Source: Sedimentisphaerales bacterium
GTDB lineage: Bacteria; Planctomycetota; Phycisphaerae; Sedimentisphaerales; SM23-30
Strand: one strand, 5' to 3'
DNA length: 64,000 bases
Assembly: GCA_963666285.1 (NCBI GenBank)
Contig: OY762711.1
Part shown: piece after piece, positions 40,621 to 51,263 of the stretch
Layout: every line of letters starts with the position of its first letter
Position numbering within the stretch: position 1 is the first letter of the stretch
The notes under the pieces: generated by a model
Told to the model about the DNA's origin: nothing
The model's database searches: none
What the model saw: only the letters and a program-made list of their open reading frames with translations
Translations under genes and position numbers: made by a program

Positions 40621-40911
40621 ATGGCAGAACAAAAAAAGACAACAGCGAAAAAGGCTACAGCAAAAAAATCTGTAAAGAAAGCTGCTCCTAAGGCTGCTAA
40701 GAAAGCTGTAAAGAAGGCTGCTCCTAAGGCTGCTAAGAAAGCTGTAAAGAAAGCCGCTCCAAAGGCTGCTAAAAAAGCTGTAAAGAAGGCTGCTCCTAAG
40801 GCTGCTAAAAAAGCTGTAAAGAAGGCCGCTCCTAAGGCTGCTAAAAAAGCTGTAAAGAAAGCCGCTCCTAAGGCTGCTAAGAAAGCTGCTCCAAAAGCTG
40901 TAAAGAAATAA
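40621..40911 (+). CDS. histone H1-like (Hc2/AlgP-tail type) Lys/Ala/Pro repeat protein
   Basis: five full KKAAPKAAKKAV units plus partial ones, 39 of 96 residues Lys; 36-bp repeats differ at synonymous positions; AAAGG RBS. Confidence 0.85.
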   Translation: MAEQKKTTAKKATAKKSVKKAAPKAAKKAVKKAAPKAAKKAVKKAAPKAAKKAVKKAAPKAAKKAVKKAAPKAAKKAVKKAAPKAAKKAAPKAVKK

Positions 40912-40922
40912 CACTCCTTTCG

Positions 40923-40948
40923 CAGGGATGATAACCGGTTCATCCCTG
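40923..40948 (+). terminator. stem-loop after the H1-like gene
   Basis: CAGGGATGA / TCATCCCTG; a second GC hairpin at about 41003-41029. Confidence 0.45.
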
Positions 40949-41088
40949 GTGTCAAAAGGAAAAGAACAAAAGAAGCTATTATAAAATAGCAAACTGGAGT
41001 TTCGGGGGGTCGTCAAATAACGGCCCCCCACTATTTTATAGTGTATAATTTCAAATTATAAAGAAGCAGAAAAAAGAAAGATTGAAAT

Positions 41089-41451
41089 ATGAAAGTAGTA
41101 ATGTCAACAGATTCACAATACCTGGACGATGAGATTGCCGTTCGGTTCGGCAGAGGGAAATATCTTATCTTTCTAAATACCGAAACCGGAGAGTATGAAA
41201 CATATCCTAACCTGTATCTAAATTTAAAGGGCGAAGTAGATTCTCAACTGGTTAAATCCCTGTCCCGAAGGAAGATCCAAGAGGCAGTTTCCGGATACTG
41301 GTCAGAATTTGATAAGGCTTCCATGCAAAAAATGGGTATCAATACCGTATCAATACCAAAACTGTCCTGTTGCGATGCAATCTCACATCTCTACAAAATT
41401 AGTATTAACTATTGCAAGGATAATGAGAAAAAACCTGCTAATAACGGCTAA
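41089..41451 (+). CDS. NifB/NifX (FeMo-co binding) family protein, divergent
   Basis: N-terminal MKVVMS..RFGRGKYLIF pattern and size. Confidence 0.6.
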   Translation: MKVVMSTDSQYLDDEIAVRFGRGKYLIFLNTETGEYETYPNLYLNLKGEVDSQLVKSLSRRKIQEAVSGYWSEFDKASMQKMGINTVSIPKLSCCDAISHLYKISINYCKDNEKKPANNG

Positions 41452-41551
41452 CTGTTTTATTGAATACGAGTTCTAAATGCTTATTCAAACAGCACATACA
41501 TATAAACGTCAAACCTATTTACCCAGATAGCAGCTAAGCAGGCAGCCAATA

Positions 41552-42187
41552 CTATTTGCATTTACTGCCCCTGCCAACCAGGCTTTTACCGGCGGGTTTT
41601 GCCAGGCTACGATACAATGGGAATTCTCCCTCGTTAACAAAAAACACTTCTTCTACGGAATAAAGAGCATTAGGATTGTAATGCTTTATCTGGGCGACCA
41701 CGTTTTTAAGCTGCTTCCTGGGAACAATGGTAAAAATAAGATGGACCGGACCAGATGGGCCTTCAGCCGGTATACTGGTAATATTAAAACCAAAATCTCG
41801 CAACTTTTCGATCAGCTCGGTCGCGGGCACCTTTGTTATCACCCGGATAATAACCTCTCCCAAAGACATCTTGCTGGCAATAAACATACCCACATAATTA
41901 CCAATGGCAAAGCCCCCGGCATAAGCTATATAATAAATGGGATGATTAACGTCTTTGAAGATACGGCCGATAACGGTTACCCAGATCAATATTTCAAAGA
42001 AACCTATCACCGGAGCCCATAATTTATAGCCCTTGGAAACTAGAATAATCCTAACAGTACCAAAACTAACATCAGCAACACGAGCCAGACAAATGATCAG
42101 GGGCAACACTACCCAGGCATACCAGTTGAAACCAGTGTCTAGCAGCAAATTTGACATATAAGGCAATATCCACTCCTCAAGCTGCAT
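41552..42187 (-). CDS. DUF5698/DUF2179 (YebE-like) membrane protein
   Basis: ARVADVSFGTVR, GFFEILIW, YAGGFAIGNYVG, C-terminal PII-like part. Confidence 0.8.
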   Translation of the reverse strand: MQLEEWILPYMSNLLLDTGFNWYAWVVLPLIICLARVADVSFGTVRIILVSKGYKLWAPVIGFFEILIWVTVIGRIFKDVNHPIYYIAYAGGFAIGNYVGMFIASKMSLGEVIIRVITKVPATELIEKLRDFGFNITSIPAEGPSGPVHLIFTIVPRKQLKNVVAQIKHYNPNALYSVEEVFFVNEGEFPLYRSLAKPAGKSLVGRGSKCK

Positions 42188-42231
42188 AAAATATGGGTTA
42201 AATTTATTATAAACAGAAAACAGGATAGCTG

Positions 42232-43170
42232 CTATTTTTGATCGGGCAGATTATAAGTCATAACTACCGGCAAATGATCACTGGCAACCTCGGCAATAGG
42301 ATCTTCGATCAACCTGATTGTCTCCAGCCTGTCCGACAGTTTTTCGCTCATAAATACATGATCAAGGAAAGAACGGTATGTCGGAGGCTTGATTTTGCAG
42401 TGATAACTGTTCTTGCCGGAATCCTGCAGTTTCTTTGTCGCACACTTTAACAGATGTTTACCTTCCAGAGCTCTAGCAACGGCATCGATACCGGCCTTTT
42501 CCTCATTCTTGTCCTTCCCAAAGCTATCGTTAAAGTCACCCTGCAGACAGACATAAATATCGCCCTGCTCAATATATTTTTCACAGATTTCTCGCAAAGT
42601 ATCAACCTGCCTGGCACGCCATTTCACTATATTTGCACTGTCATTATACTTACTCTTGGCATGGGTAGTTCCAACCCAGAGCATATTTCCGCCGGGTGTC
42701 TCAAACTTTACAAAAGCCGGACCGCGACCAAATAGATCGCTTGTACCGTCACGATACCCGGCATCTTTCATCTGGTAGTACTCGTCTATTTTAACAGGCT
42801 CAAATCCTTTTTTGGCCATCATTGCCAGCATCTGGGAATCGCTATTGCCATTAAATACCTTCACAAAGCTGTATTTGCCTTTAAGCATCTCATTGTTAAA
42901 TAGCTCAAGCATTTCCTGATCACAACATTCCTGGATACAGATAATATCTGGATCCATCTCAGGCAGGCTGATAACCCGGGCAACTTCATACTGATCTTCT
43001 TCATCTCGATAGAACTCGGTCATTTCCCGGCTTCGTTCAGGCATACGCTGCTGGTCAAACATCTTCATAAAATGCTCAACATTATAGGTCGCAACCTTGA
43101 CCTGTTCACCGTAAACGTTTACAGTCAAGAGAGATAAAATAACTATTAAAATCTGTTGTAATATTTTCAT
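42232..43170 (-). CDS. secreted endonuclease/exonuclease/phosphatase family protein
   Basis: TYNVE, IQE, HAKS, GDFND, LDH, SDHLPV. Confidence 0.9.
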   Translation of the reverse strand: MKILQQILIVILSLLTVNVYGEQVKVATYNVEHFMKMFDQQRMPERSREMTEFYRDEEDQYEVARVISLPEMDPDIICIQECCDQEMLELFNNEMLKGKYSFVKVFNGNSDSQMLAMMAKKGFEPVKIDEYYQMKDAGYRDGTSDLFGRGPAFVKFETPGGNMLWVGTTHAKSKYNDSANIVKWRARQVDTLREICEKYIEQGDIYVCLQGDFNDSFGKDKNEEKAGIDAVARALEGKHLLKCATKKLQDSGKNSYHCKIKPPTYRSFLDHVFMSEKLSDRLETIRLIEDPIAEVASDHLPVVMTYNLPDQK

Positions 43171-43381
43171 TCTGCGCTCCGGTAGGGAAAAACTAGCATT
43201 TTTGCACTCTTATTCAAACATTGCATTTTGAATGTAATAACATACATGAAAGGATATTCAAATACCAGTGTTTCTTCAAGAAAATATCATCATAGAGCAA
43301 CAAAAACGTGCAACAGATAATACAAAGTAACAACAAATATAAACTGGAAGTATCCGAATCACCGGTATATATTTTTATCAA

Positions 43382-45787
43382 CTAAAGCTCAACAAGACAA
43401 TCTTTGAAGCCAGCCCCGGTAATTGTAACCTTACCCCTGGATGATAGATCTTTGCATTGTATATACAGCAATAGTCGCCCACCCTGACAATTGTGAACAT
43501 TATCCTTGAAGTTAACTCTCGGATCGTTAGAGCCGTCTTCTGAGCCCAGCAGCCGCAAATTATCTGACACTTCAAATTTAAGCTCATTATTGGCAAAAGG
43601 CACAAGTCTGCCCTGTTCGTCGACAATCTCAATCTCAACCTGGGCTACCTGACGCTCAGCAGTAAATGAATCAACATCCGAGACCGCTTTGATCGCAGCA
43701 GGCTCACCTACAGTTTCCAGCTTGCATGCTGCCTGCTGCTTACCATCGTTATAGGCAATAACTTCCAGAGTACCGGGCATATAGTCAAGTTCCCACCAGA
43801 TCATTGCCTTTTCGGTATCATAAGGCTTGCGTGGGCCAACAATAATGCCATTAAGTTTCAGCTCGGCTTCCTGGCAATTGGTAAAGCATACCACTCTCAC
43901 CTTGTCACCTTCGTTATAATTCCACGCGGGAAAAACCCACATAGACGGCCCGCGATCGCGTCTGCCAATGCGACTTGTGCCAATATAGGCCATAGGTTCC
44001 TCTGCCCAGAGTGATTTTCGGAAATATGCACTCGATTTAAGGTTACCGGCCCTGTCAAGCAGCCCGGTAGTAAAGCCGCGGGAAGGCCATCGCCCCGCTT
44101 CGCCCAGATAGTCAATACCGGTCCAGAGAAACTGACCCATGATAAAATCATTATCAGTAACAGACCGCCAGGCATTGAGATCATGCCGGTTTTCACTGCC
44201 GTAAAGGATACGTTTCGGATACTTCTCATGATCGATTTCATATCGATTCTCGGTATAATTATAGCCCACCACATCCAGAACAAACGGATACCGGGTATAG
44301 TTCGACATTACCGCACCGGCCAATGCCGCGGTAACAGGACGAGACTTATCATATTGCTTGACAACCTCAACCAGCTCAGTGGCTATCTCACCCAGTCGAT
44401 TGGCATGCGGCTGCGTTTTTTGATACCCGGCTGTATGGATCTGGCCTATTCCTTCTTGATCAAGTACATCATGAGTATATGGGTCGTTTGGATAGTCGAT
44501 CTCATTGCCGATACTCCACATTATTATGCTCGGGTGATTGCGGTCGCGACGCACCATATCGGCCAGATCCTGCTTACACCATTGCCTGAAATAATTGGCA
44601 CTGCCCTGGAATCCAGGCTCGCCGACATTCCAGCCCTGAAGCCATTTTTTCTTGGGATATTCCCATTCATCAAAAGCCTCATCCATTACCAGCAGGCCGA
44701 TCTCATCACATATGTCATATACATCGGTCGCCTGCGGATTATGGCTCATGCGAATGGCATTACAGCCGATACTTTTAAGATTCTCCAGCCGCCGACGCCA
44801 TACCTCTTTTGGCACCGCAGCACCCAGGCAGCCCGCATCATGATGGATACACACACCCTTGAACTTCATTGGTTTATCGTTCAGAGCAAACCCTTTGTCT
44901 GCATCGAATGTAAGCTTACGAATTCCAATTTTGGTCTCAACTATATCAACTATTTTTCCGTTATCATACAGAGATGTCTTCCAAGTATAAAGATACGGAG
45001 AATCCAGGCTCCAAAGCTTAGGGTTTTCTATTTCGAAATTATGGGCAATTCTTACTTTTTTACTGAATGACAGTTTGGAAAAAGCATCACTAACTCGATC
45101 GCCCGATTCATCAAAAAGCTCCTGGGAAAGACCAACCGATGTTTCAACGCCCTGCTCTTTATTGCTATTGACAATTTCAGTTTCAACATTAATTATTGCA
45201 GAATCACCTTCAACCTCGGCCGAATAGCTTATCCCCCATTGATCAATATGAACCTGATCGGCATAAACCAGGTAAACATCTCGATAGATACCGGAGCCGG
45301 TATACCACCGGGAATCGGCCTCTTTGCTATGGTCTACTCTCACTGCCATTGCATTCCTGCCGCCGAAATTAATATATGGCGTCAGGTCGTACATAAATGA
45401 AATATAGCCGTTCGGACGGATGCCAAGCCATTTGCCATTAATGAAAACTTCGCTATTGTTATAGACTCCCTCAAAGTACACATACACTTTCTGCCCTTTC
45501 CTGTCAGCCGGTATATCGAGATCCTTGCGATACCATGCTATGCCGCCGGGCAGATAGCCGGTACAGCTATACAACTCCTGACTGGCAGTGCCTTCCACAG
45601 ACCAGTCATGCGGCAAATCAACCTTACGCCAGTCAGAATGGTCCAGAAACTCCCGCCCGCCATATTTCAGATCTCCCAGGTGGAACGACCAGTTGTCATT
45701 TAGAAGATGCCTTTCGCCAAAGCCTTGCGCCACAAGAGATAATGACAAAGACAACAAAACGATTACAGATGTGAAATACCTACTCAT
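43382..45787 (-). CDS. GH2 beta-galactosidase-like glycoside hydrolase
   Basis: LPHDWS, SRWYTGSGIYR, GVCIHHD, RMSHNP, WSIGNE, GSE, DYLGE. Confidence 0.93.
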   Translation of the reverse strand: MSRYFTSVIVLLSLSLSLVAQGFGERHLLNDNWSFHLGDLKYGGREFLDHSDWRKVDLPHDWSVEGTASQELYSCTGYLPGGIAWYRKDLDIPADRKGQKVYVYFEGVYNNSEVFINGKWLGIRPNGYISFMYDLTPYINFGGRNAMAVRVDHSKEADSRWYTGSGIYRDVYLVYADQVHIDQWGISYSAEVEGDSAIINVETEIVNSNKEQGVETSVGLSQELFDESGDRVSDAFSKLSFSKKVRIAHNFEIENPKLWSLDSPYLYTWKTSLYDNGKIVDIVETKIGIRKLTFDADKGFALNDKPMKFKGVCIHHDAGCLGAAVPKEVWRRRLENLKSIGCNAIRMSHNPQATDVYDICDEIGLLVMDEAFDEWEYPKKKWLQGWNVGEPGFQGSANYFRQWCKQDLADMVRRDRNHPSIIMWSIGNEIDYPNDPYTHDVLDQEGIGQIHTAGYQKTQPHANRLGEIATELVEVVKQYDKSRPVTAALAGAVMSNYTRYPFVLDVVGYNYTENRYEIDHEKYPKRILYGSENRHDLNAWRSVTDNDFIMGQFLWTGIDYLGEAGRWPSRGFTTGLLDRAGNLKSSAYFRKSLWAEEPMAYIGTSRIGRRDRGPSMWVFPAWNYNEGDKVRVVCFTNCQEAELKLNGIIVGPRKPYDTEKAMIWWELDYMPGTLEVIAYNDGKQQAACKLETVGEPAAIKAVSDVDSFTAERQVAQVEIEIVDEQGRLVPFANNELKFEVSDNLRLLGSEDGSNDPRVNFKDNVHNCQGGRLLLYIQCKDLSSRGKVTITGAGFKDCLVEL

Positions 45788-45941
45788 AATCAATACCTTC
45801 CCGGAAATGTCCGTTAACAACTCTCACCCACAAATGGTACCACCAGTTTTTGAGTAAAATCAAGCTTTCCATTGTGACATTACGTTTATATAATGCTAAT
45901 AAATATTACATAAATTACCACCTAAAAATGGAGACTATACT

Positions 45942-46391
45942 TTGTCAAACATAGAAGAAATAAAAAGCCAGGTCAAGCAGCTCTGCGATTCTCAATCGCT
46001 GGCGGCATTGTCAACCTGCTGCGAAGACCAGCCCTACGGCAGCCTGGTAGGGTTTGTAGCGTCCAACTGCCTGAAAGAGATTATCTTTGCCACCTTGGAC
46101 AATACCAGCAAATTTGAAAACATTAAGAACAATCCCAAAGTTGCTCTTCTGGTAGACAATCGCAATAATAAAGCAGAAGATTTTGAAGAGGCCGCATCTG
46201 TTACTGCTGTCGGCAAAGCTGAAATTATTGAACCGGACCAGAAAGACCTGCACGCCGAGTTCCTGCTCGAAAAACTGCCGGAGCTAAAGGAATTCGTCGA
46301 AATGGAGCATTGTGTGCTGGTCGCTGTTGCTATCGAAAAATATGTAATGGTCAACGGCATACACGATGTCCAGACACTGAAAATGAAATAA
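45942..46391 (+). CDS. pyridoxamine 5'-phosphate oxidase-like FMN-binding protein
   Basis: ALST..QPYGSLV, FAT..TSK..N..NPKVALLVD. Confidence 0.85.
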   Translation: MSNIEEIKSQVKQLCDSQSLAALSTCCEDQPYGSLVGFVASNCLKEIIFATLDNTSKFENIKNNPKVALLVDNRNNKAEDFEEAASVTAVGKAEIIEPDQKDLHAEFLLEKLPELKEFVEMEHCVLVAVAIEKYVMVNGIHDVQTLKMK

Positions 46392-46411
46392 TTCCTAATA
46401 AAGGAGCTGTA

Positions 46412-46714
46412 ATGTTAATACACAATGTATATTTTACACTTAACGATCCAACCGAAGATAATATCGCTAAACTGATCGCAGAAGCCGAAAAATACCTTAA
46501 GTCAAATTCCGGACTGGTACATTTTGCTGTCGGCAAACTGGCAAAGGAATACAACCGACCTGTTAACGACCATAGCTATGATGTCTGCCTGAATACTGTA
46601 TTCAAAGACAAACAGGCTCACGATGAATACCAGGTATGTGCCGAACACAAACAATTCATCGCTAATAACAAAGACGGCTGGAAAACTGTCCGCGTTTGCG
46701 ATTCTGAGTGCTGA
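46412..46714 (+). CDS. Dabb (stress-responsive A/B barrel) protein
   Basis: HNVYF, YDV.L..F..AHDEYQ..H..F; AAGGAG RBS. Confidence 0.85.
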   Translation: MLIHNVYFTLNDPTEDNIAKLIAEAEKYLKSNSGLVHFAVGKLAKEYNRPVNDHSYDVCLNTVFKDKQAHDEYQVCAEHKQFIANNKDGWKTVRVCDSEC

Positions 46715-46835
46715 TCGAATAACACAAAACATCAAAGAGCATAAATAATTGAAAAAATCAGTTATGTTCTGTTAACTCCTGAAAGTGTATGATGCCCAAC
46801 ACCTCTCAAACTGGCCATTAGTCAGTTTGAGTGCC

Positions 46836-49517
46836 TTACCATGTAGACGGTTTGGAAAATGTCCGGAAGGTGGTAACCTCAACCTTATCAGGATTTCGTT
46901 CGGCCCATGATTTTGCGGCATTAATCATCTGTTCGTTGCCGGAATTTAGAAACCGGTTAGCCATATCGATCTTAAAGCTGAAATCATGATATTCTTCCTC
47001 TTTCATCTGGTTAAAGCAGCTTATCACCGGCGAAACCAGCTCTTTTACTCGGCCTGATATTGTTAAACGGATAACAATATTAGCACTTGCCGAATTTGGC
47101 ACCAGTTTCGCCCTTATCAGCGATTTCATTGAGCTGCTGCGGTTCCAGACATTTACAAAATCTTTCGGTTTGTCTGAATATATCGCCTCCGCCAGCAGTT
47201 CCGGCTCTGTCTTAGGGCTAAAGCCTAAATCATCATACAGCAGCTGCCGCTGTTTCTTACTGATCCGCCAGTTAACGAACCTGTCATGCAAAATATCTTT
47301 TATCTCTTTATTGCCCCAAGCTGCAAGAACTACTGCCGGTCCGTCGCTATACCGCTGCTTGTATATCTTCATAACCTGATCTTCATCAGTTTTTTCCAGC
47401 CTGGCAAGTTTATCCCAGTCTCCTTTCGCCATATAATAATACAGTTTCTCCTGGTTGGTCTTAGGCTGATATCTGAACTTATCCAGCAGCATTACAATGT
47501 CAGCGGATTCATTCCTCCCCAGCTTCAATAGCGGCACAAGCAGTTCAACCTCCTCGGCCCTGCAGAATTTTTTCAGCAGATTAAATACTTCATCCTCGGC
47601 AAACCAGGAATTTGCCCCTGCCAGATAATCGACTATCGGTTTTACCGAATCAATCTCTTTATATGCATATAACCCTTTGACCGCATCTCTTTTCAAGGCC
47701 GGCTCTGCTATAGACATTAGCAGTATCTTAGCCGAGTCAGGACTATAATATCCCACCGCTTTTTTGAAAATGCCTCTCTTTTCAAAATATGAAAGTTCGT
47801 TATACCTTTCAACAACTTTGGGAATAATGTCTTTTGCGTCCAGCTGGTCAACATTATTTCGCCCGGCAAAACCCATCGGGGCATCTACTATCATATCAGC
47901 CAGCATTTCAGCTGCCTTGGGATTATCCGAATAACTAATAGCCTTAAAAGCTTCATCCTGATAAGACCTGTCAGACTCGACAAATTTCTTCAACACATCC
48001 AATGAATATTCATCACCCAGGTAGCCCAGCGAATCAATCGCCGCCTGAACAACTCTTCTATCGGGATTATAAAGTTTCTTTTCGATAGCTTTATACGCAG
48101 ATCTTGACTTGATCATTCTAAGAGCCCGACCGGCAGCAACCCTCACATCATGTTCATTTTGGGTTTCCTGAAGTTCGTTCAAAAGCGGCCTGATAGATTT
48201 AGTCGTCCCTATTTTACCTAACGCCTCGATAGCTGCTATTTTTATATCTGTCCAGTCAATCGGCAATTCCTGTACAACCGGCTCCTGCTGAACAACAGGA
48301 CCGGCCCCAGTTTCTGTTTCTGTCTCCTGCTCCGGTTCCTCACTGGCTCTCCTGTTATTTCGGCCAGACATCTTTGCCAGTCTCTCTCTTAAGGCCGCGG
48401 CCCGGCTATTACTACCAAACCTGCTCTCCGGGCTGTCGCCGGCACTATTAGCAACTTTTTCTGAGCTGTTATCTAAGGTTCCGGCTTGTTCTTTTTCAAC
48501 TTTCGCCTTTTTATTTGCTGCTGAATCAGGAAGCGGTTTACCGTCATTGTATTTTGCCTGCAGCTGCGGGGACAAATCGGCTATGGCATCTGTTATATAA
48601 AAAGTAACTGCCGGGTCTTCCAGTTTATGAATAGCCTCAATCGCGGCTATCTTAATATCCATGTCATCGCTATCCAGAAGCTCAATCAATGGCTCAAGAC
48701 CATGATCTTCACCAAAACTATCCAACGCTTCCTGGGCTTTGCGTTTGTCAAAGACATCCCCGTCTTTAATGATCTGGTTTAGAACATAAACCGCGGCATA
48801 AGTACCCTGCCTTTGTAATGCTTCTATTATATCATCAGAATACAAACGACTCTTCTGCTTCATGTCATAAAGCTTTTGGGCCGCGATGGGTTCTTTAAGA
48901 TAGCTCAAAACTTGAACAAGCTCTCTATCCCGGAATTTTGATGACATTATTATCTTATCGAACGCCTCAACTGCCTCTTTGCCGCCGATTTGCCCGATCG
49001 CATCTAATATCTGCGGGCGTAGATTAATAGCGTTACGATCTGTCAAAAATGTTTTTACCAGGTAGTTTATCGCTCTGTCATCGTTAGTTCGGGCCAATTC
49101 GGCAATCGCCTGTTCTTTCTCTAGTATGCCGCCTTTCTGCAATTTCGAAATAATAACGCGAAGTTCTTTAGAATCTATCCGGGTATATGGCTTGGGGGTG
49201 TACCCTCCGGCTACCCGGTACTTTGCTTCTATTACCTCAGGCGGATCAGCAGCAGCCTCCTCGTTTGCCTGGCTCGCTGAATTGCCGTCAGCCGAAGATT
49301 TCCTTACTGATTCTGGTGACAAAATCTCCCTAAGTGGTTCAATTGCGCGAGGATCTTTTAACTCTCCCAGCTCAAAAATTGCTGTTTGGACCACCTTAAG
49401 ATTCTGGTCGGTTAGCTTAGCAATCTCATCATCAACCTGATCAGCCAAAGAAAAGCAAGGTAATAAAACTAAAGCTAAAGCAATAATATAAATAGACTTA
49501 AATACACTTATCAACAT
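46836..49517 (-). CDS. secreted HEAT/PBS-lyase repeat protein
   Basis: repeated AI.ALG.IG / A.EPL..LL helical units; signal peptide. Confidence 0.8.
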   Translation of the reverse strand: MLISVFKSIYIIALALVLLPCFSLADQVDDEIAKLTDQNLKVVQTAIFELGELKDPRAIEPLREILSPESVRKSSADGNSASQANEEAAADPPEVIEAKYRVAGGYTPKPYTRIDSKELRVIISKLQKGGILEKEQAIAELARTNDDRAINYLVKTFLTDRNAINLRPQILDAIGQIGGKEAVEAFDKIIMSSKFRDRELVQVLSYLKEPIAAQKLYDMKQKSRLYSDDIIEALQRQGTYAAVYVLNQIIKDGDVFDKRKAQEALDSFGEDHGLEPLIELLDSDDMDIKIAAIEAIHKLEDPAVTFYITDAIADLSPQLQAKYNDGKPLPDSAANKKAKVEKEQAGTLDNSSEKVANSAGDSPESRFGSNSRAAALRERLAKMSGRNNRRASEEPEQETETETGAGPVVQQEPVVQELPIDWTDIKIAAIEALGKIGTTKSIRPLLNELQETQNEHDVRVAAGRALRMIKSRSAYKAIEKKLYNPDRRVVQAAIDSLGYLGDEYSLDVLKKFVESDRSYQDEAFKAISYSDNPKAAEMLADMIVDAPMGFAGRNNVDQLDAKDIIPKVVERYNELSYFEKRGIFKKAVGYYSPDSAKILLMSIAEPALKRDAVKGLYAYKEIDSVKPIVDYLAGANSWFAEDEVFNLLKKFCRAEEVELLVPLLKLGRNESADIVMLLDKFRYQPKTNQEKLYYYMAKGDWDKLARLEKTDEDQVMKIYKQRYSDGPAVVLAAWGNKEIKDILHDRFVNWRISKKQRQLLYDDLGFSPKTEPELLAEAIYSDKPKDFVNVWNRSSSMKSLIRAKLVPNSASANIVIRLTISGRVKELVSPVISCFNQMKEEEYHDFSFKIDMANRFLNSGNEQMINAAKSWAERNPDKVEVTTFRTFSKPSTW

Positions 49518-49743
49518 ATATACCTCAATCAAAACTTATGCATACTTAATATTAAGCCATAGGAAGAACACCATTTTTATTGTAGTCTATAAGTGGTTAA
49601 ATGACAAGTATTAGGGTGAAATTTACTATTTTTATACCGATTTGACAGCCACTGATATAAAAACCTTCAGCAATATACCCTATCAAACTGTAATTCAACT
49701 TGAAATATAGTGAAAACAAAGGATTACGAATGATATTTAATAC

Positions 49744-49772
49744 TTGCTATGATAGCAGGTTAGGTGTAAAAT
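49744..49772 (+). promoter_or_regulatory. sigma70-type promoter of ahcY
   Basis: TTGCTA-17-TAAAAT. Confidence 0.5.
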
Positions 49773-49827
49773 TTTGGGTTTAATGGAGGTTTATACACTC
49801 AAACCATAAATGAACGGAGTTGATACA

Positions 49828-51138
49828 ATGACAACAAATACACAGGATTACAAAGTAGCAGATATTTCACTGGCAGAATGGGGCCGCAAAGAAATTCAGA
49901 TAGCAGAAAAAGAAATGCCGGGATTAATGGCAATTCGCGAAAAATGTAAAGCTAATCAGCCGTTAAAGGGAGCTCGTATATGCGGCTGTATTCACATGAC
50001 TATCCAGACAGCGGTATTGATCGAAACCCTGATCGATCTGGGAGCCGAGGTTCGCTGGTCAAGTTGTAATATCTTTTCAACCCAGGACCATGCCGCAGCT
50101 GCTATAGCCGCAGCAGGCGTACCGGTTTTTGCCTGGAAAGGTGAAACCGAAGAAGAATATGAATGGTGCGTAGAGCAGACTATCAACTGGCCGGATGGTA
50201 AAGGGCCTAATATGCTGCTGGACGATGGCGGCGACCTGACCAATATGATGCACAGTGACAAATATAAACACCTGATGGCTAACGTCAATGGTGTTTCAGA
50301 AGAAACAACAACCGGTGTGCATAACCTGGAAAAAATGGTAAAAAATGGGACTCTGCTGTGCCCTGCTATCAATGTCAACGACTCTGTAACAAAGAGTAAA
50401 TTTGATAATAAATACGGCTGCCGTGAATCACTCGCTGACGGCATCAAACGTGCTACCGATGTTATGCTGGCCGGTAAAACAGTTATTGTTGCCGGTTATG
50501 GAGATGTCGGTAAAGGCTGTGCCCAGTCAATGGCATCATACGGTTCGAGAGTTATTGTTACCGAGATTGATCCTATCTGTGCCCTGCAGGCGGCAATGGA
50601 AGGTTTCAAAGTAGTAACAATGGATGAAGCGTTAAAAGAAGGTGATATCTTTGTTACCACTACCGGATGCTGCGATGTTATTACTGCTGACCATATGTCT
50701 AAAATGAAAGACCAGGCGATTGTTTGTAATATCGGCCACTTTGATATTGAAATTGACGTCGCCGGACTAAAGGCAACTCCCGGCATAGTCAAAACCGAGA
50801 TCAAACCTCAGGTTGACATGTGGACCTACCCTGACGGACATTGCATTATCCTGCTGGCTGAAGGTCGACTGGTGAATCTGGGCTGTGCAACAGGCCATCC
50901 TTCATTTGTTATGAGTAACTCATTCACAAACCAGACCCTGGCACAAATTGAGCTGTATACCAACGGCGAAAAATATGAAAACAAGGTTTACACATTACCG
51001 AAGAAACTGGACGAAGAAGTTGCCCGGCTGCACCTGGCCCAACTTGGTGTAAAACTGGAAACACTTACCCCAAAACAGTCAGATTATCTTAATCTGCCTA
51101 AAGAAGGTCCATACAAACCGGAACATTACAGATATTAA
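49828..51138 (+). CDS. ahcY: adenosylhomocysteinase
   Basis: [37 protein letters not shown]. Confidence 0.98.
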   Translation: MTTNTQDYKVADISLAEWGRKEIQIAEKEMPGLMAIREKCKANQPLKGARICGCIHMTIQTAVLIETLIDLGAEVRWSSCNIFSTQDHAAAAIAAAGVPVFAWKGETEEEYEWCVEQTINWPDGKGPNMLLDDGGDLTNMMHSDKYKHLMANVNGVSEETTTGVHNLEKMVKNGTLLCPAINVNDSVTKSKFDNKYGCRESLADGIKRATDVMLAGKTVIVAGYGDVGKGCAQSMASYGSRVIVTEIDPICALQAAMEGFKVVTMDEALKEGDIFVTTTGCCDVITADHMSKMKDQAIVCNIGHFDIEIDVAGLKATPGIVKTEIKPQVDMWTYPDGHCIILLAEGRLVNLGCATGHPSFVMSNSFTNQTLAQIELYTNGEKYENKVYTLPKKLDEEVARLHLAQLGVKLETLTPKQSDYLNLPKEGPYKPEHYRY

Positions 51139-51263
51139 TATACATTTCACTAACATATACATGTAATGTATAGAACCACGAGCAAAGAGTATTTGTACTT
51201 GCTGCTCTCGAATTTGGATAAAGCATAACGCAATTAAAGCTGCAATAAAGCAGGATTATAAAA

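Noticed and set aside
40670..40905. CRISPR array (36-bp period)
   Set aside because: Tandem repeat with no unique spacers, coding, and no cas genes
40603..41031. hydrophobic repeat ORFs on the minus strand
   Set aside because: Antisense shadows of the Lys/Ala repeat gene; the + frame has the promoter, RBS and downstream stem-loop
44183..45070. 295-aa plus-strand ORF, and similar long antisense ORFs at 21854-22465 and 29345-30196
   Set aside because: Antisense to well-supported genes
49620..49827. SAH/SAM riboswitch before ahcY
   Set aside because: No aptamer consensus seen; the predicted leader is short
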